Assembly (NCBI GenBank): GCA_034670305.1
Contig: JAXMNT010000015.1
Coordinates: forward strand, 32,001 to 96,000
Source of the DNA: Deltaproteobacteria bacterium
GTDB taxonomy: Bacteria > Myxococcota_A > Polyangia > Polyangiales > Houyiibacteriaceae
Direction of reading: 5' to 3'
Length of the DNA: 64,000 nucleotides
Shown: piece by piece, positions 40,289-50,414 of the stretch
Layout: each line of letters begins with the position of its first letter
Position numbering within the stretch: position 1 is the stretch's first letter
The notes under the pieces: model-generated
Told to the model about the DNA's origin: nothing
Database searches by the model: none
The model's input: the letters and a program-made list of their open reading frames with translations, nothing else
Translations under genes and position numbers: made by a program

Positions 40289-42214
40289 TCAGTCCTCGGC
40301 GGTCTCGGGTCCGATCCAGGCTTCGAACGCACGGCGCTGCACCGGGGTCGCGTTCGGGTCGCGCTCGAGCACCCAGGTGTCCTGCGGCTCGGTGCCGAGC
40401 GTCACCTCGATGCGGCGCAGGTCGCCCCGGCGCGAGACCAGAAGATCCACGGTCTCGCCAGGCTGGTAGAGCGCGAGCCGTTCTGAGATGTCCTGGGGCA
40501 GCCGGCGGTCGTCCATGGCGATGAGTTCGTCGCCCACGTTGACCCCGGCTTCTCGGGCGGGCGTGCCCGTCGGCACGTGGTCCACCATCAGCCGCCCGGA
40601 CGAGGCATCGACGCCCACGCCGAGGTAGCCCTTCGGGTCCTCTTCCTCTTCCGGGACCCGGAAGCGCAGACCGAACTGTTGCAACGCGAGGTTCCAGTCC
40701 ATGTCGTTCGCGCCATCGACGTTGCGCCGGAAGAAGTCGCCGAGATCGGCGCCCGCCACCTCCGCCGCGAGCGCGCGGAACTCCTCGCTCGTGTAGCCGG
40801 TCTCCTGCGGGAACCGCTCGTAGGCGGTGCGCATGACGTCGTCGAGGCTGTGGGTTCCGCTCGCCGCTCGGATCTCCGCGTCGAGCAGCCAGGCGACGAG
40901 CGCGCCCTTGAGGTAGTAGCTGACCGCGGAGTTCCGGCTGTTCTCGTCCGGCCGGTAAAACTTGATCCAGGTGTCGTACGACGCTTCGTCGAGCGACTGC
41001 ACCAGGCGGCCGGGCGTGTCCTGCAGGCGACGGATGTTGCGCGAGAGGACCGAGAGGTAGTCGTCGCGGCTCATCAGCTCGGTCCGGCGCACGAACAAGT
41101 CGTCGTAGTACGAAGTGATGCCCTCCACGATCCAGAGATCGCGGACCATGTTCTCGTGCTCGTAGTCGAAGTCGCGCAGGCTCTGCGGCCGAAGCCGTTT
41201 CACGTTCCAGGTGTGAAAGAACTCGTGGCTCACGAGCGAGAGCCAGTTGCGGTAGGTCTCTTCGTCGCGGGTCGCCCACGCACTGCCCATGATCAGCGTG
41301 GAGCGCTCGTGTTCGAGGCCGCCCCCGCTCTCGAGCAAGATGTTCTCGAAGACGTAGTGCGAGTACGGCACCACGCCCCAGAATTTCTGCTGCGCGTCCA
41401 CGAGGCGCGCCACGTCTTCGCTCGCCCGATCGTGGTCGAAGAGATCGGTGCCGCCGAAGCTGGCGAGCTGGTGCGCCACCCCGCCCACCTCCATGTCGCG
41501 CACGACCGGGTCGCCGCACACGAGCGGTGAGTCGACGAGCTGGTCGTAGTCGTTCGCGACCCACCGGCGCTGGCTCACCGCGTCCACCGGCTCCGCGCCG
41601 TCGTCCGCCGCTTCGGCGACCGGGTCGAGCCCCGTCACGCAGCGCTGCCACGACTGCGGGAGTTCGACGCGCAGATCCACCGTCGTCTCCCTCGCGTCGA
41701 TCGGGGTCAGGAACGTCGCCGCGCCGTTGATGATCGCGATGCCGTCGTCCACGAAGTTCGTCCGCACGCTCAGCTCTCGGGCGTACACGCGGTAGCGGAC
41801 CACGACCTGATCGGGCAGGTCGCCCTCCCCGGCCATGATGCGCCATCGGTTCTTCGCCACCTTCACCACGCCGAGCGGCTGCTCGTCGGTCGTGGAGGCC
41901 GACACGTTCTCGACGTGCCGCGCGTACTCACGCACGAGGTAGGACCCCGGGGTCCACACGGCCATCATCAGGTCCAGCTGTTCTCCGCCCGCCGGGTAGA
42001 CCGCATCGACTTCCACATAGTGGCCGTGGGGGTTCGGAAAGCGCAGCGTGTACTCGATCTCGCTGCCATCTCCTCGAAGCGTCACCGGCGACGGTCCCGG
42101 CACCACCGTCGGAGCCTCGGCCTCCGACTCTTCCCCGCGGGACTCGCACCCGACCTGTTCGGGCGAACAAGCCAAGGAGAGGAGCATCGCAAGAAGAAAA
42201 CGCGAGAGTGACAT
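40289..42214 (-). CDS. M61 glycyl aminopeptidase family metallopeptidase with C-terminal PDZ domain
   Basis: WTPGSY, LVDSP, GGGLEH, HEFFHTWNVKRLRP, EGITSYY, SYYLKG, PAREAGVNVGDELIA. Confidence 0.95.
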   Translation of the reverse strand: MSLSRFLLAMLLSLACSPEQVGCESRGEESEAEAPTVVPGPSPVTLRGDGSEIEYTLRFPNPHGHYVEVDAVYPAGGEQLDLMMAVWTPGSYLVREYARHVENVSASTTDEQPLGVVKVAKNRWRIMAGEGDLPDQVVVRYRVYARELSVRTNFVDDGIAIINGAATFLTPIDARETTVDLRVELPQSWQRCVTGLDPVAEAADDGAEPVDAVSQRRWVANDYDQLVDSPLVCGDPVVRDMEVGGVAHQLASFGGTDLFDHDRASEDVARLVDAQQKFWGVVPYSHYVFENILLESGGGLEHERSTLIMGSAWATRDEETYRNWLSLVSHEFFHTWNVKRLRPQSLRDFDYEHENMVRDLWIVEGITSYYDDLFVRRTELMSRDDYLSVLSRNIRRLQDTPGRLVQSLDEASYDTWIKFYRPDENSRNSAVSYYLKGALVAWLLDAEIRAASGTHSLDDVMRTAYERFPQETGYTSEEFRALAAEVAGADLGDFFRRNVDGANDMDWNLALQQFGLRFRVPEEEEDPKGYLGVGVDASSGRLMVDHVPTGTPAREAGVNVGDELIAMDDRRLPQDISERLALYQPGETVDLLVSRRGDLRRIEVTLGTEPQDTWVLERDPNATPVQRRAFEAWIGPETAED

Positions 42215-42371
42215 CGAAGTTCCGGGGCTGCAGAGGTGCGGGACGGCGCGAGAGGCACATGCCTCTCGCCGCTGGGACCCTACACCTGCTGTGCGCGCCA
42301 CGCAGCCAGGATGCGGCTCGGGTGTCCCATCGGGTGCGTGAGGCCCGCCGGGTCAGCGACCCCAGGACTTC

Positions 42372-43628
42372 TCAGCGGGTGCGCCACCAGCGGGCGTACT
42401 CCGCCTGGGCCGCGATGAATGCCTCGCGGTCGGACAGGTCGCTCAAACCACAGTCGAGCCCGCTGAGCTGCACCAGCTGGGTCCACGCGCCGAGCCGAAG
42501 CTCCTCGCGCCGGTCCGCGAGCGCATCGATCAACCAAGCGACCCGGTGTTGGCGGCCGTGCGCCTTGAGCCACCGGCGCCAAGGCAGCCGCATCGACCCG
42601 AAGTCCTGACACGTCAACTCGCACAACGCGTTGTGTGCCGCCCGCGCGATCGCGCGGTCGCCATCACCGAGTGTCTCGACCAGCATGGGCGCCGACTCGG
42701 CGTCCCCCAGTTCCGCCAACGCCTTCATGGCGCGCAGTTTCCAGACCTGGCGCACTTTGGGGAGCTGACAAAGGTCGCGGATGTTCGTGAGCGCGTCGTT
42801 GAAGCCAGGCGCGGTGCGGTGGCCGGCGAGCGCGTGCCGCGCCGCCTGACGCACTCCGGCGTTCCCGTCCAACACCAGCCGCGCGATCGGCATCGTGTAG
42901 CTCGGCTGGGGTACTTCCGCCGCCACGAGCAGCGCGTAGAACCGAATGTCCTCGTCGCTGTGCCCGAGCAACCACTCGACGTACGGCGCCGCGTCGTCGG
43001 CGGCCACCACGAGCATCGCCGCGATCGCCGAGACGTGGCGGCCCGGCGGCAGCTTGCGGTAAGGCAGCCGGCGGTCGAACCAGAGGGGACCCGGGAAACT
43101 CTGCGCGGCAGCCTGCAGCCCACCTGGGATCGCCAGGAAACGATCGACGACGAGGGACTCCGTGCCAGGGGCCGAGGTCATCAGCTCGTGCAGCCGCGAG
43201 CGAAGCGCGTTGGGGGGCGGAGGCTCGACCGACGGAGCGCCGAGGGCATCGATCTCCGTGGGGCGCACCCGTTCGATGCGGCGCAGCGTCTTCTGTCCCG
43301 CGCGAATCCGCCGATGGGTCTCGCTCGCGCGCTCCGGCTCCTCGAGCGACTCCACGTCCGTGGGTGGCGGCGGCGGCAGGTCGGCGGGCAGGGGCGGCGG
43401 ACCCGGGACGCGCCCCGAACGAAGCGCGCCGAGAATGGAATGGCTGCCGGTGTCCGGCTCGGGAAAGCCACTCTCGACGTATCCCGGCGGCGGTGGCGTG
43501 GTGGCGCGGGACGGATCCTCGGGGGGTGCGCTGGAACGCGGAGGACGAGACGGACGACCGCGCACGACATCGCTCGGTGCATCCCGAAGCAAGTAGGCCC
43601 CCCCTACCGGCTTCTTTTTCGTCGCCAT
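42372..43628 (-). CDS. HEAT-repeat protein with Pro-rich N-terminus
   Basis: Pro-rich low-complexity N-terminus; FPGPLW; HEAT-like repeats EDIRFYA, GVRQAARHAL, ALAELGD...LVETLGD. Confidence 0.75.
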   Translation of the reverse strand: MATKKKPVGGAYLLRDAPSDVVRGRPSRPPRSSAPPEDPSRATTPPPPGYVESGFPEPDTGSHSILGALRSGRVPGPPPLPADLPPPPPTDVESLEEPERASETHRRIRAGQKTLRRIERVRPTEIDALGAPSVEPPPPNALRSRLHELMTSAPGTESLVVDRFLAIPGGLQAAAQSFPGPLWFDRRLPYRKLPPGRHVSAIAAMLVVAADDAAPYVEWLLGHSDEDIRFYALLVAAEVPQPSYTMPIARLVLDGNAGVRQAARHALAGHRTAPGFNDALTNIRDLCQLPKVRQVWKLRAMKALAELGDAESAPMLVETLGDGDRAIARAAHNALCELTCQDFGSMRLPWRRWLKAHGRQHRVAWLIDALADRREELRLGAWTQLVQLSGLDCGLSDLSDREAFIAAQAEYARWWRTR

Positions 43629-43695
43629 TCACCGCTGCTATAGCAGAGTGTGGGTGCTTGGCGAGACGGGATCCGTCGCCCGCCTCTGAACCAGA

Positions 43696-44550
43696 ATGCG
43701 CGATCGAACCCAGAGGCCCCCCCGGAAGCGATGGAAGCGGGTGCTTCTGGGGATATTGGTCGCGGGACTGCTGTGGAGCGTTTGGTTCGAACCACGCCAT
43801 CTGGTGGTCCGCGAGCGGACGTTGCGCCTGCCCGGCTGGACCTCTGCGCCACTTCGCGTGGCCATGATCGGGGACTTGCACGTGGGGGCACCCCCGATGG
43901 ATCGGGCGCGGCTGCGACACACCCTCGAGCGCGTCAACCGCACCGAGCCCGACCTGATTCTCTTCTTGGGCGATCTCATGGACACCAAGAGCCTGTTCCG
44001 CGCCGACTACAACCCGGTCCGGATCGGAGAGGACCTCCAGGTGTTGCACGCGCCGCTCGGGGTGCATGCGGTGCTCGGCAACCACGACCACTGGTACGGG
44101 GCGAATCGGGTCCACGACGCCTTGGTCTTGGGCGGCGCGTCGGTGTGGTCCAACGAGGCGACGAGGCTTCGAAGCGAGGACCCGTTCTGGCTGCTCGGGG
44201 TGGACGACGAGTTCACCGGCCACGCCGAACTCGAGCCCGGACTGGAACGCATTCGTCAGGGCCCGGACGGCTGGCCAGTGCTGCTCGCGACCCACACGCC
44301 GGACCTGTTCACCCGGGTGCCAGACCGGGTCGCGCTCACGGTGGCCGCGCACACCCATGGTGGCCAGGTGCGTTTGCCCTTGGCAGGGCCGCTCTTCGTA
44401 CCGTCGCGCTACGGCGCGCGCTTCGCGCATGGACACATCGTCGAGCAGGGGCGGCACTTGTGGGTGACGAGCGGGGTCGGCAACAGCATGGTCCCGGTCC
44501 GGTTCGGGGTTCCGCCGGAAATCGTCGTGCTCACGCTCCGAGGAGAGTGA
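43696..44550 (+). CDS. Calcineurin-like metallophosphoesterase with N-terminal TM helix
   Basis: DLH, GD, GNHD, HTP, HTHGGQV, VTSGVG, RFGVPPEI. Confidence 0.95.
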   Translation: MRDRTQRPPRKRWKRVLLGILVAGLLWSVWFEPRHLVVRERTLRLPGWTSAPLRVAMIGDLHVGAPPMDRARLRHTLERVNRTEPDLILFLGDLMDTKSLFRADYNPVRIGEDLQVLHAPLGVHAVLGNHDHWYGANRVHDALVLGGASVWSNEATRLRSEDPFWLLGVDDEFTGHAELEPGLERIRQGPDGWPVLLATHTPDLFTRVPDRVALTVAAHTHGGQVRLPLAGPLFVPSRYGARFAHGHIVEQGRHLWVTSGVGNSMVPVRFGVPPEIVVLTLRGE

Positions 44551-44588
44551 CGCGGACAAGGGTTCGGCGAGACCTGGCCACACGCAGA

Positions 44589-44617
44589 AACGGCGGGGAC
44601 CGAAGTCACCCGCCGTT
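44589..44617. terminator. Hairpin between convergent genes (probable bidirectional terminator)
   Basis: AACGGCGGG-GAC-CGAA-GTC-A-CCCGCCGTT. Confidence 0.65.
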
Positions 44618-44646
44618 CGCGCATGCTGTTCGCTGGGTTCTGGTTT

Positions 44647-46152
44647 CTAGCGGTCGAAGCCGGCCGGTTCGTGCATGCCGCCGCCGCGCAGGTCGCTGAC
44701 GAGCAACCGGGTGAGCAGGTCGTTGAAGTACTCGACGGCGACCCGGTCGGTGTCGGCTTCGCGGTGCGGGTTGCCCACGCCCGAGTCGTCGGTGAGGTAG
44801 ACGTAGGGGCTGGCGGTGAAGCTGCCCATGGCGCGGAAGAGGAACTCCACTTCGCGGTCGGCGCCGGAGGCCGCGACCGGCACGATGCGGATGCCGCGGC
44901 GGGACGCTTCGATCATCGCGTCGCGGTAGGTGTACTGGCTCTGGTAACGCTTGGGCGGCGCGTCCGCGATGGTGATGAGCGCACGGACCGCGTCGCCGGT
45001 CGACCACTGGAGCCCCTGCATGGCGGTCATCAGGCCCGAGTCGAGATCTTCAGGGTAGTCGCCACCGCCGCTGGCGCGGACGTTCTGCATCGCGCTGGCG
45101 AAGCCCTGGATGTCCTCGGTGAACCCGATGCGCTGAAGGGGCACACTGTCGCTGCGGTCGCGGTAGAAGATGGCGCCGACCCGGATGCGGGCTTCGGGTG
45201 CTTCGCTCCGGACGCGGGCGACGATGTCGGTGACCTCGCGGTTCACGTAGCGCAGCTCGTCTTCCATGCTGCCGGTCACGTCGATGAGGAACGCGAGGTC
45301 GAGGATGCGGGCGTTGCGCTGCTGCTGCGACTGCACGTGGTCGAGGCGCACGGTGACGTCCTGTCCGTCGCCGTGCGAGGGGATGAGCACGCGGCCGGTG
45401 CCTTGCGCGTTGAGTGCCTCGACAGCGACCGTGGCGTGGCCCGAGCCTCCGCCGTGGACCGCGCGGTAGTAGTCCCAGGTGCCGTCCGCATGGGTGCGGC
45501 CTTCGATGGCGCCTTGGTTGGTGGTGAGGACCAGCCGGGCGTCGTTGACCGGCTGTCCTTGGCCATCGACCACGCGAAAGCGCACGCGGTGGTTCATGTC
45601 GAGGCCGAGGCGCTGGGCTTCGACCGGGTGCCGCTGCAGGTAGCGGAGGTAGTTGTCGCGGCGATCGTGGTCGCCGACCGACGCGGCGGTCAGAAGACGC
45701 TGCGGTTCGACGTAATGTGGCCGCACGACCGGCTCCGGCGCGACGGGCACGGTGGGCTCGTCGACCGTGACGGTGACCGTGGTCGTGGTCCGAACGCTGG
45801 CCCGGGTGGTGCCGGGTACCGGGCGGGCCGTCGGCTCTGCGGCCATGCGGCCCTCAGCGCCGCCGCCCGTCACCGCCGCCCGGGACGGGGCGGTCGCGCG
45901 GGACGGCGCCATCGTCGGAGGAGGAGCGGCCATGTCGTCCATCGCGACGGATTCGCCGCCGGACGGGCCTGCGTACCCCCCGTGGTCGGCCATCGGCGGG
46001 GCTTCGGCTTCGGCGTAGCCCCCCGACTCGCCAGCGGAGGAGGAGGTGCGAACGTCGGACTGATGGACCCCCATCGATGTGGCGCTCGAACCGCCGCCGC
46101 ATCCCCCGAGTCCTACCAAAATCGCCAGAGCAAGTGCCTTCGTACCGTTCAT
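44647..46152 (-). CDS. VWA domain lipoprotein
   Basis: Lipobox LGGC; MIDAS-like DVTGSM; YRD, GGGDYPE, IADAPP, YVYLTDDSGVGNPH. Confidence 0.92.
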   Translation of the reverse strand: MNGTKALALAILVGLGGCGGGSSATSMGVHQSDVRTSSSAGESGGYAEAEAPPMADHGGYAGPSGGESVAMDDMAAPPPTMAPSRATAPSRAAVTGGGAEGRMAAEPTARPVPGTTRASVRTTTTVTVTVDEPTVPVAPEPVVRPHYVEPQRLLTAASVGDHDRRDNYLRYLQRHPVEAQRLGLDMNHRVRFRVVDGQGQPVNDARLVLTTNQGAIEGRTHADGTWDYYRAVHGGGSGHATVAVEALNAQGTGRVLIPSHGDGQDVTVRLDHVQSQQQRNARILDLAFLIDVTGSMEDELRYVNREVTDIVARVRSEAPEARIRVGAIFYRDRSDSVPLQRIGFTEDIQGFASAMQNVRASGGGDYPEDLDSGLMTAMQGLQWSTGDAVRALITIADAPPKRYQSQYTYRDAMIEASRRGIRIVPVAASGADREVEFLFRAMGSFTASPYVYLTDDSGVGNPHREADTDRVAVEYFNDLLTRLLVSDLRGGGMHEPAGFDR

Positions 46153-46222
46153 TGCGTCCTCCATGGCGAGACAACGGCTGGCAAACACCGACGCTTACAC
46201 CCATTCGAAAAATCTCTTCCCC

Positions 46223-46327
46223 CTTCGGCTTCGGCTTCGGCGTCGGCGTCGGCTTCGGCCTCGGCTTCGGCGTCGGCCTCGGCCTCGGCTTCGGCTTCGG
46301 CGTCGGCTTCGGCGTCGGTCTCGGCTT
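46223..46327 (+). repeat. Hexamer tract T8, (TCGGCN)n, in a divergent promoter region
   Basis: Visible directly between the VWA and ECF sigma starts. Confidence 0.92.
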
Positions 46328-46468
46328 TCAGCTCTCGCGAAAAGCGAACCAGGCGCCCAGTGCCAAGAAAACAGACTGTAAGCAGACGCGGGTTCGTTCG
46401 TTCCTTGATTGGCATGCGGGAATGCACGACAAGGATGGGCAGGGGCTGGCAGCGCGCCCCATTGCACC

Positions 46469-47092
46469 ATGCGGGAGGACGAACTCAGCTCCAAGGACCG
46501 ACTGGCCTGGGAGAAGAAGTGCGTCGAGGCCGCGCTCCGTGGGGATCGGCGGGCGTTCGCGGAGCTCTACAAGGAGTACGCGCCGCGGATCTTTCAGCGG
46601 GTCCTGATGCCCAAGCTCGGCAACCGAACCGCGGCCGAGGACGCGCTTTCGGAGACCTTCCGGGTCGGGCTCGAGCGCCTTGGGCAGTGGGAAGCACGCG
46701 GGGTCTCGCTCTACTTCTGGTTCTCCCGGATCGCGAGCAACAAGGCGACCGACATGCACCGAGTGCGGCAGCGGACGCGGCGCGCCCTGACGAGCTTCGA
46801 GCAGTTGCTGGTGCCGCTCTTGCCACACACCTCCGATCCCGACGAGTTCGAGATCACCGAACAACTCGATGGACTGCGCGCTCAGATCGAAACCGTGCTC
46901 GACCGGTTGAACCCACGGTACCGGGAAGCGATCGAACAGCGGTTTCTGCGGGACCGGTCCCGCCAGTCCTGCGCCGATGCGCTGGAAGTGAAACTCGGCA
47001 CCTTCGATGTGCTCGTGCTGCGTGCGCTCCGCGCGTTTCGTCGCGAGTGGGAACGTGCGGTGGGTGCCCCGCCGGAACTCCGGGAAGAATGA
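46469..47092 (+). CDS. ECF sigma-70 factor
   Basis: GDRRAFAELY, AEDALSETF, WFSRIASNKATD, LDRLNPRYREAI...LGTFDV...RA. Confidence 0.92.
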   Translation: MREDELSSKDRLAWEKKCVEAALRGDRRAFAELYKEYAPRIFQRVLMPKLGNRTAAEDALSETFRVGLERLGQWEARGVSLYFWFSRIASNKATDMHRVRQRTRRALTSFEQLLVPLLPHTSDPDEFEITEQLDGLRAQIETVLDRLNPRYREAIEQRFLRDRSRQSCADALEVKLGTFDVLVLRALRAFRREWERAVGAPPELREE

Positions 47093-47098
47093 ACGACC

Positions 47099-47602
47099 AT
47101 GACTGACCACGACCACGACGACGCAGACTTCGACCCGGACCGTTCGGCCACCGACGACGAGCTGCGCGCCGCCACGGCGCTCGCGCGGGCACTCGATCGA
47201 GGCTCGTTCGACGCGGTCCATGGAAGCGACACCTTGGAAGACGGCGACCTGCGGTTCGCTGCCCTGCTGCAGTACTCGGCCGACGAAGGCGCGATCGACC
47301 CCGCACGCCTCGACGCGATCCTCGCGGACGTGTTCGACGAAGCGCGCGTTCGACCGGTCGCGGCCCCGGTGCCGTGGTGGAAGAAGATCCTCGCGCCGAC
47401 CACCGGCTTCGCGCTCGCCGCGACCATGGTCGCGGTGCTCTTCACGGGCCCGCCCGAGGGCATGGCGCTGCCGTCGCCGAACGCTGGCTTGCTCGAGGCA
47501 CAGATGAGCGCCGCCTCGGGCGACACGGCAGGCGCGCTCCAGGATCAGATGCGGCCCTACCGCTCCGAACTGCTCTCAGCCCTGGAGGATCAGTACCGCT
47601 GA
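47099..47602 (+). CDS. Putative anti-sigma factor (single TM)
   Basis: Directly downstream of the ECF gene; cytoplasmic N-terminus, PWWKK, then a TM helix. Role inferred from position. Confidence 0.6.
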   Translation: MTDHDHDDADFDPDRSATDDELRAATALARALDRGSFDAVHGSDTLEDGDLRFAALLQYSADEGAIDPARLDAILADVFDEARVRPVAAPVPWWKKILAPTTGFALAATMVAVLFTGPPEGMALPSPNAGLLEAQMSAASGDTAGALQDQMRPYRSELLSALEDQYR

Positions 47603-48201
47603 TGTCCCCGCGCTTGGAACATCGCCGAGCCCAGCTGTGGAAACCGCAGCGCCGTCTGTGGGAACCGCAGCGCCGGCTGTGGGAACCGCAGCGCCGTCTC
47701 TCGCGAGGGAGGCTGCTTGGCCGCTCGGGCTTTTGGGGGCTGTGCCTCTTGTTCGCCGCACTGCTCGGCGGATGCGGGGACCAAGCGCACACCGCCGCCG
47801 CGTGGATCGAATCCGCCGCGGCCGCCCACGCCGAAGCGGACACCGCGCTCGAATCCGCGCAGGTCGGCCAAGGCCGCGATGCGCTCGTGCGGTTCTTGGC
47901 CGAGCCCATCCCAGCCGACATGGCCACGGAGGACGTTCGGGTCGTGCGGCAGGACGCCCACTGGCGCCTGGCAGAGATGGCACTCGACGAAGGAGAGCCG
48001 GTGCGCGCACTGCGCCATGCGAACGGTGGCCTTGCCGAGGGGCGCGGACGCGACGTCTTCACCGCCAACCTGCTCGTCTCGCGCGGTCGCGCTCGAGAAG
48101 CGTTGAACGATCCGCTTCGGGCTGCGTCGGACTACCACGAGGCGCTTCAGATCAACGACGCGCTCCTGCACGAACTCCTCGACGGAGTGGAATCCGAATG
48201 A
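47602..48201 (+). CDS. TPR-like lipoprotein
   Basis: ATG overlaps the previous TGA; lipobox LGGC; helical repeats RGRAREAL..P..AASDYHEAL. True start may lie after the 21-bp repeats. Confidence 0.75.
   Translation: MSPRLEHRRAQLWKPQRRLWEPQRRLWEPQRRLSRGRLLGRSGFWGLCLLFAALLGGCGDQAHTAAAWIESAAAAHAEADTALESAQVGQGRDALVRFLAEPIPADMATEDVRVVRQDAHWRLAEMALDEGEPVRALRHANGGLAEGRGRDVFTANLLVSRGRAREALNDPLRAASDYHEALQINDALLHELLDGVESE
47635..47697 (+). repeat. Three tandem 21-bp repeats CTGTGGRAACCGCAGCGCCGK
   Basis: Units at 47635, 47656 and 47677, encoding LW(K/E)PQRR three times. Confidence 0.95.
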
Positions 48202-48767
48202 CCCATCGCCGAACCCATCTCGTTCTCGCCACCCTCTGCGTGGGACTCGTCGCGTGTGGCGGAAGCAGCGCACCGAGTTCTTCGGAGGATCGGACCAGCG
48301 GCGGCGAAGCGACGACCACCCGCGCCGCGACCACCCGCGCCGCGTCGACCGCGCCCTACGCCGGGGAAGCGGAAGCCACCCCAGAACCGGGGATGATGGA
48401 CGACATGGCGTCGCCACCTCCGAGCATGGAAGGCGGGGGCGCGGTGCAGACCACGCGTCCATCCCGTCAGCCGCAGCGACAGACCGTGCAGGTCGAGACG
48501 ATTCACCGGGACCCAGGCCCTCAGGGCGTCGGCGGCGCACGCCTCGAGTTCACCGCGCTCATGGGCACCGAGTCCGAGTTCGCCACCGCGTTGAGTCAGA
48601 ACCGGTGCGAAGACGCGCGCGACCTGCGCGACCGGATCTGCGATCTCAGCGAGCGCATCTGCGACATCGCCGAGTCGCATCCAGACCACGTAGACACCCG
48701 CGCCCGCTGCCGAGACGGCGCCCGCCGCTGCGAAACCGCCACGGACCGCGTCGACGCCTGCGACTGA
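48198..48767 (+). CDS. Lipoprotein with Cys-rich helical C-terminal domain
   Basis: Lipobox LVAC; CEDA...ICDLSERICDIA...C..G..RC..A....C. Confidence 0.8.
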   Translation: MTHRRTHLVLATLCVGLVACGGSSAPSSSEDRTSGGEATTTRAATTRAASTAPYAGEAEATPEPGMMDDMASPPPSMEGGGAVQTTRPSRQPQRQTVQVETIHRDPGPQGVGGARLEFTALMGTESEFATALSQNRCEDARDLRDRICDLSERICDIAESHPDHVDTRARCRDGARRCETATDRVDACD

Positions 48768-48819
48768 GTCTGCGGCCACGGGCACGGGACGGTGACCCCG
48801 TCACCCGCGCGAGTACTCC

Positions 48820-49785
48820 CTACACGAAGCGTTCGGTGCCGGTGGTGCCTTCGGAGACTTGGTCGTCGCTGTAGCGGTGCCGCTCGTCGAGCAGCTCGTT
48901 GATGCGGTCCATCACTTCGTCGACCACCCGCTGAAATGCGTCGCGGTGTTGGTCCGCGGCCCGGGTGAGGGGCGGCACGTCGCGCGGCGCGACATCGCCC
49001 CAGTGTTCGGGCGGAATCGGGTCGCCGATCCGGTAGACGATGTGGCCGGGTTTCGTGACGATCGACTTGCCCGAGTAGACCAGATCGCAGTTGTTGCAGC
49101 CGACCGGGACGATGGTCGCCCCGAGGTGGAGCGCCATCTGTGCGAGGCCGACGTGTCCTCGGGACAAACGGATCGACCGGGTCCCCTGCGGAAACACGAG
49201 CACGTCCGCGCCGATGTCGAGCGCCTTCTTGTTGAGCTCCACGAACTTGCCGTGCAGCAGATTCATCAGCTCGTCGATGGCGACCACGTAGTGTTCGCTG
49301 GAGGGGTCGAACGGCCGTCCGAGGATGGTCCGCGGCTTGGAGAGCAGTTCGTCCGGAACCCCGGAGAGCGTCTTGTCGAGGGACTCGACGGCGTCGCGAA
49401 TGAGTCGGTACTCGTCCTTCTTGGGTCGCCGGCCCGTGACGCCGAGAAAGTCCCGGGTGATGACGTAGCCGCGCGAGGCGAGCGGGATGTTGTTCGTCGT
49501 TCGCATGAACCACGACACGAAGGGATGTTCGTAGTTCTTCCCCTTCACCCACGCGGCCATGTAGCGCTTCCACTTGCGGTGGAGGAAGTACTGGAACGGC
49601 CAGTAGTTGAAGTTGTCCGTGTGGTTCATCGCGTAGATGACCGGATGATCTGGAATCTTCTCCAGGCCTTCGACGTCGATCTTCACGTTGCGGTAGTCGA
49701 ACCGCAGGTAGCCATCTGCGATGAGTGCCTGCATCCGCGGCCGGGCGCTGAGCCAAACCCGATCGTACAGTTCTAGGTCGAGCAT
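48820..49785 (-). CDS. PlsC/LPLAT family acyltransferase
   Basis: NHTDNFN (variant of the HxxxxD block), VFPQGTRS, TIVPVG. Confidence 0.85.
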   Translation of the reverse strand: MLDLELYDRVWLSARPRMQALIADGYLRFDYRNVKIDVEGLEKIPDHPVIYAMNHTDNFNYWPFQYFLHRKWKRYMAAWVKGKNYEHPFVSWFMRTTNNIPLASRGYVITRDFLGVTGRRPKKDEYRLIRDAVESLDKTLSGVPDELLSKPRTILGRPFDPSSEHYVVAIDELMNLLHGKFVELNKKALDIGADVLVFPQGTRSIRLSRGHVGLAQMALHLGATIVPVGCNNCDLVYSGKSIVTKPGHIVYRIGDPIPPEHWGDVAPRDVPPLTRAADQHRDAFQRVVDEVMDRINELLDERHRYSDDQVSEGTTGTERFV

Positions 49786-49894
49786 GCCGCGGTGTGGCGG
49801 GTCACGGTGGTTCCGTCAAGCGGTGAACGAGCCTTGCACAGCGGTTTGCTGCCCCCGCTGGCGGTGTGGGCGCTGATCGGCGACTGTTGCCCGC

Positions 49895-50392
49895 ATGAAG
49901 GTTCGTCTCCCCACCTCCGCGGGACAAATCTGCGAAGCCAAGCTCACGACCCGTCCGAGCATGATGTCTCGCGACCAGACCGACGTCGTCCTCGAAGTGA
50001 ACGCGAGCGGCGCCCCGGTGCAGGTCGAACCACCCACCGGCGCCGGCTGCGAGATCGTAGAAGCCACGGACGCAGAGATGGCGGAGCTGCAGGCCTACGG
50101 GTTCACGCTGCCGGATCGCCGCGCGGCGTTTGGTCCGAAGAAGCTGGGGGACGACCCGGTGGCCCGCATGCTCCTCCCGGTGGGCCGCTCGTGGTGGGCG
50201 ATCTCCGCCGGGTACGCCGGCCTCTTCGCGCTGGTCCTGTTCCCCGCACCGATCGCGATCGTGCTCGGGGGCATCGGCATCTGGCACGTGAAGAACAACC
50301 CTGAGAAGCGCGGCTTGCCGAGGGCCGTCTTCGGTCTCGTCATGGGTGTGCTCGGCACCGCGGCGCTCATCGCCGTGCTCAGCGGACAGTAG
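49895..50392 (+). CDS. DUF4190-type membrane protein
   Basis: LLPVGRSWWAISAGY.GL...APIAIVLG..GI...G..RAVFG. Confidence 0.75.
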   Translation: MKVRLPTSAGQICEAKLTTRPSMMSRDQTDVVLEVNASGAPVQVEPPTGAGCEIVEATDAEMAELQAYGFTLPDRRAAFGPKKLGDDPVARMLLPVGRSWWAISAGYAGLFALVLFPAPIAIVLGGIGIWHVKNNPEKRGLPRAVFGLVMGVLGTAALIAVLSGQ

Positions 50393-50414
50393 ACAGGGAC
50401 AAAAGGAGGGGACC

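Noticed and set aside
47635-47697. Possible CRISPR array from 21-bp repeats (also 60460-60560)
   Set aside because: The repeats are directly tandem with no spacers, and there are no cas genes.
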